This document shows positions 63,123 to 64,000 of a stretch of 64,000 bases of DNA, piece after piece; the stretch's first letter is position 1, and every line of letters starts with the position of its first letter. A program made the translations under genes and the position numbers. The notes under the pieces are model-generated. The model was given only the letters and a program-made list of their open reading frames with translations. It was not told where the DNA came from and did no database searches. The DNA comes from Klebsormidium nitens (taxonomy: Eukaryota; Plantae; Klebsormidiophyceae), in assembly GCA_000708835.1 (NCBI GenBank), contig DF237379.1, positions 15,213 through 79,212 of the forward strand, in the 5' to 3' direction.

Positions 63123-64000
63123 GGAGAGCTTTTACGTGCTTAAACTTGAAAGGCCGAAAAGGCCTAGGCACTTGTTTCGAAGCCGCCAGCATCTGTGCTG
63201 GTTCCAAGCAGCTGTCAGATGAGATGGGTACGGACAGATACTTGCTGCGGCAATCGACGGAGAGTAGAATTTCAGCAGTATCATACTATTACGTTGTCTA
63301 GCTTTCCATAGGGTTTGAAGTGCATAGCATGAGGGAAAGTACATGCTCGCGACGACGCTACTAGTTGTTAAAATGTACAGCGGCTGATGAAACTAACCAG
63401 ACAACGTGAAGTGCGTCAAAAGTCGAGTTCAGCGTCAAAGACGGTCCGCTTTCATCTCAAAGGAGACCCAAAGGACGTTGATTACGGTCGACCAGGTTTG
63501 CGAGTATAAAAAGACACGTTTCTGTAGCAACCCTTGTTCTGACACGTCGCAGTCTGAATAAAGTCAGATTTCGCGTGCTGAAAAGTGATCTATCATTTAC
63601 CCAAGCATCTGCTGAAGTTAAGCACCTGTAATGTAAGATTCCTTGTATGAGAATAAGACCGCGGGTTCATTCGACAAGATTGGATATTCGAGGCTTGAGT
63701 CTCTCGAGTCCTGGCAGCTCTTTGTCAGTGCGGCGGCGCGAGCCTCTACATATACCAGCCATCCGACCATTTTTACATTGCAACATGCTCGTTTTGTGCA
63801 CGACGACTGGCCGCCTACAGTATAGTATACTGTCGTGATGCTACGGGTCGTGTCGATAATACCTCGGATCCTATGATGATGCGCAAACGATACGCTCGAA
63901 ATGAAAACTATCGTGTCGAATCCTAGCAATCCATCCTAACATGCTCGTGTAGTCGTAGTCATGCAGAAAACGTAGTAACCCATGGCACTCCAAGGTTGGA

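Overview
Gene-dense, intron-rich eukaryotic nuclear DNA with GT-AG introns and at least one GC-AG intron. The gene content (nuclear MinE, plastid FAD6, a secreted EG16-type GH16 enzyme, cytosolic HSP70) and the gene architecture point to a streptophyte green alga of the Klebsormidium type; this is inference. Splicing the ORF fragments by hand gives about 12 genes plus one partial exon: an EG16-like GH16 endoglucanase (-), a core-only nucleoplasmin-like protein (+), a very large coiled-coil protein (-), a 2OG-Fe(II) dioxygenase with an embedded SWIM zinc finger (+), an Amun-like HhH protein (-), FAD6 (+), HSP70 with upstream HSEs (+), MinE (-), an uncharacterised protein (+), a helical-MYND protein (+), and two divergent paralogous CxxC thioredoxin/AhpC-like proteins with C-terminal UBM-like motifs that flank a third unknown gene. 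Non-coding features include a TTAA-flanked foldback element spanning an assembly gap, a fragment of an organellar-type group II intron HNH domain inside a spliceosomal intron, decayed duplicates of exon ends, and an inverted repeat able to sequester a 5' splice site. No rRNA, tRNA or CRISPR array was seen. All exon boundaries are hand-derived and need RNA-seq confirmation.
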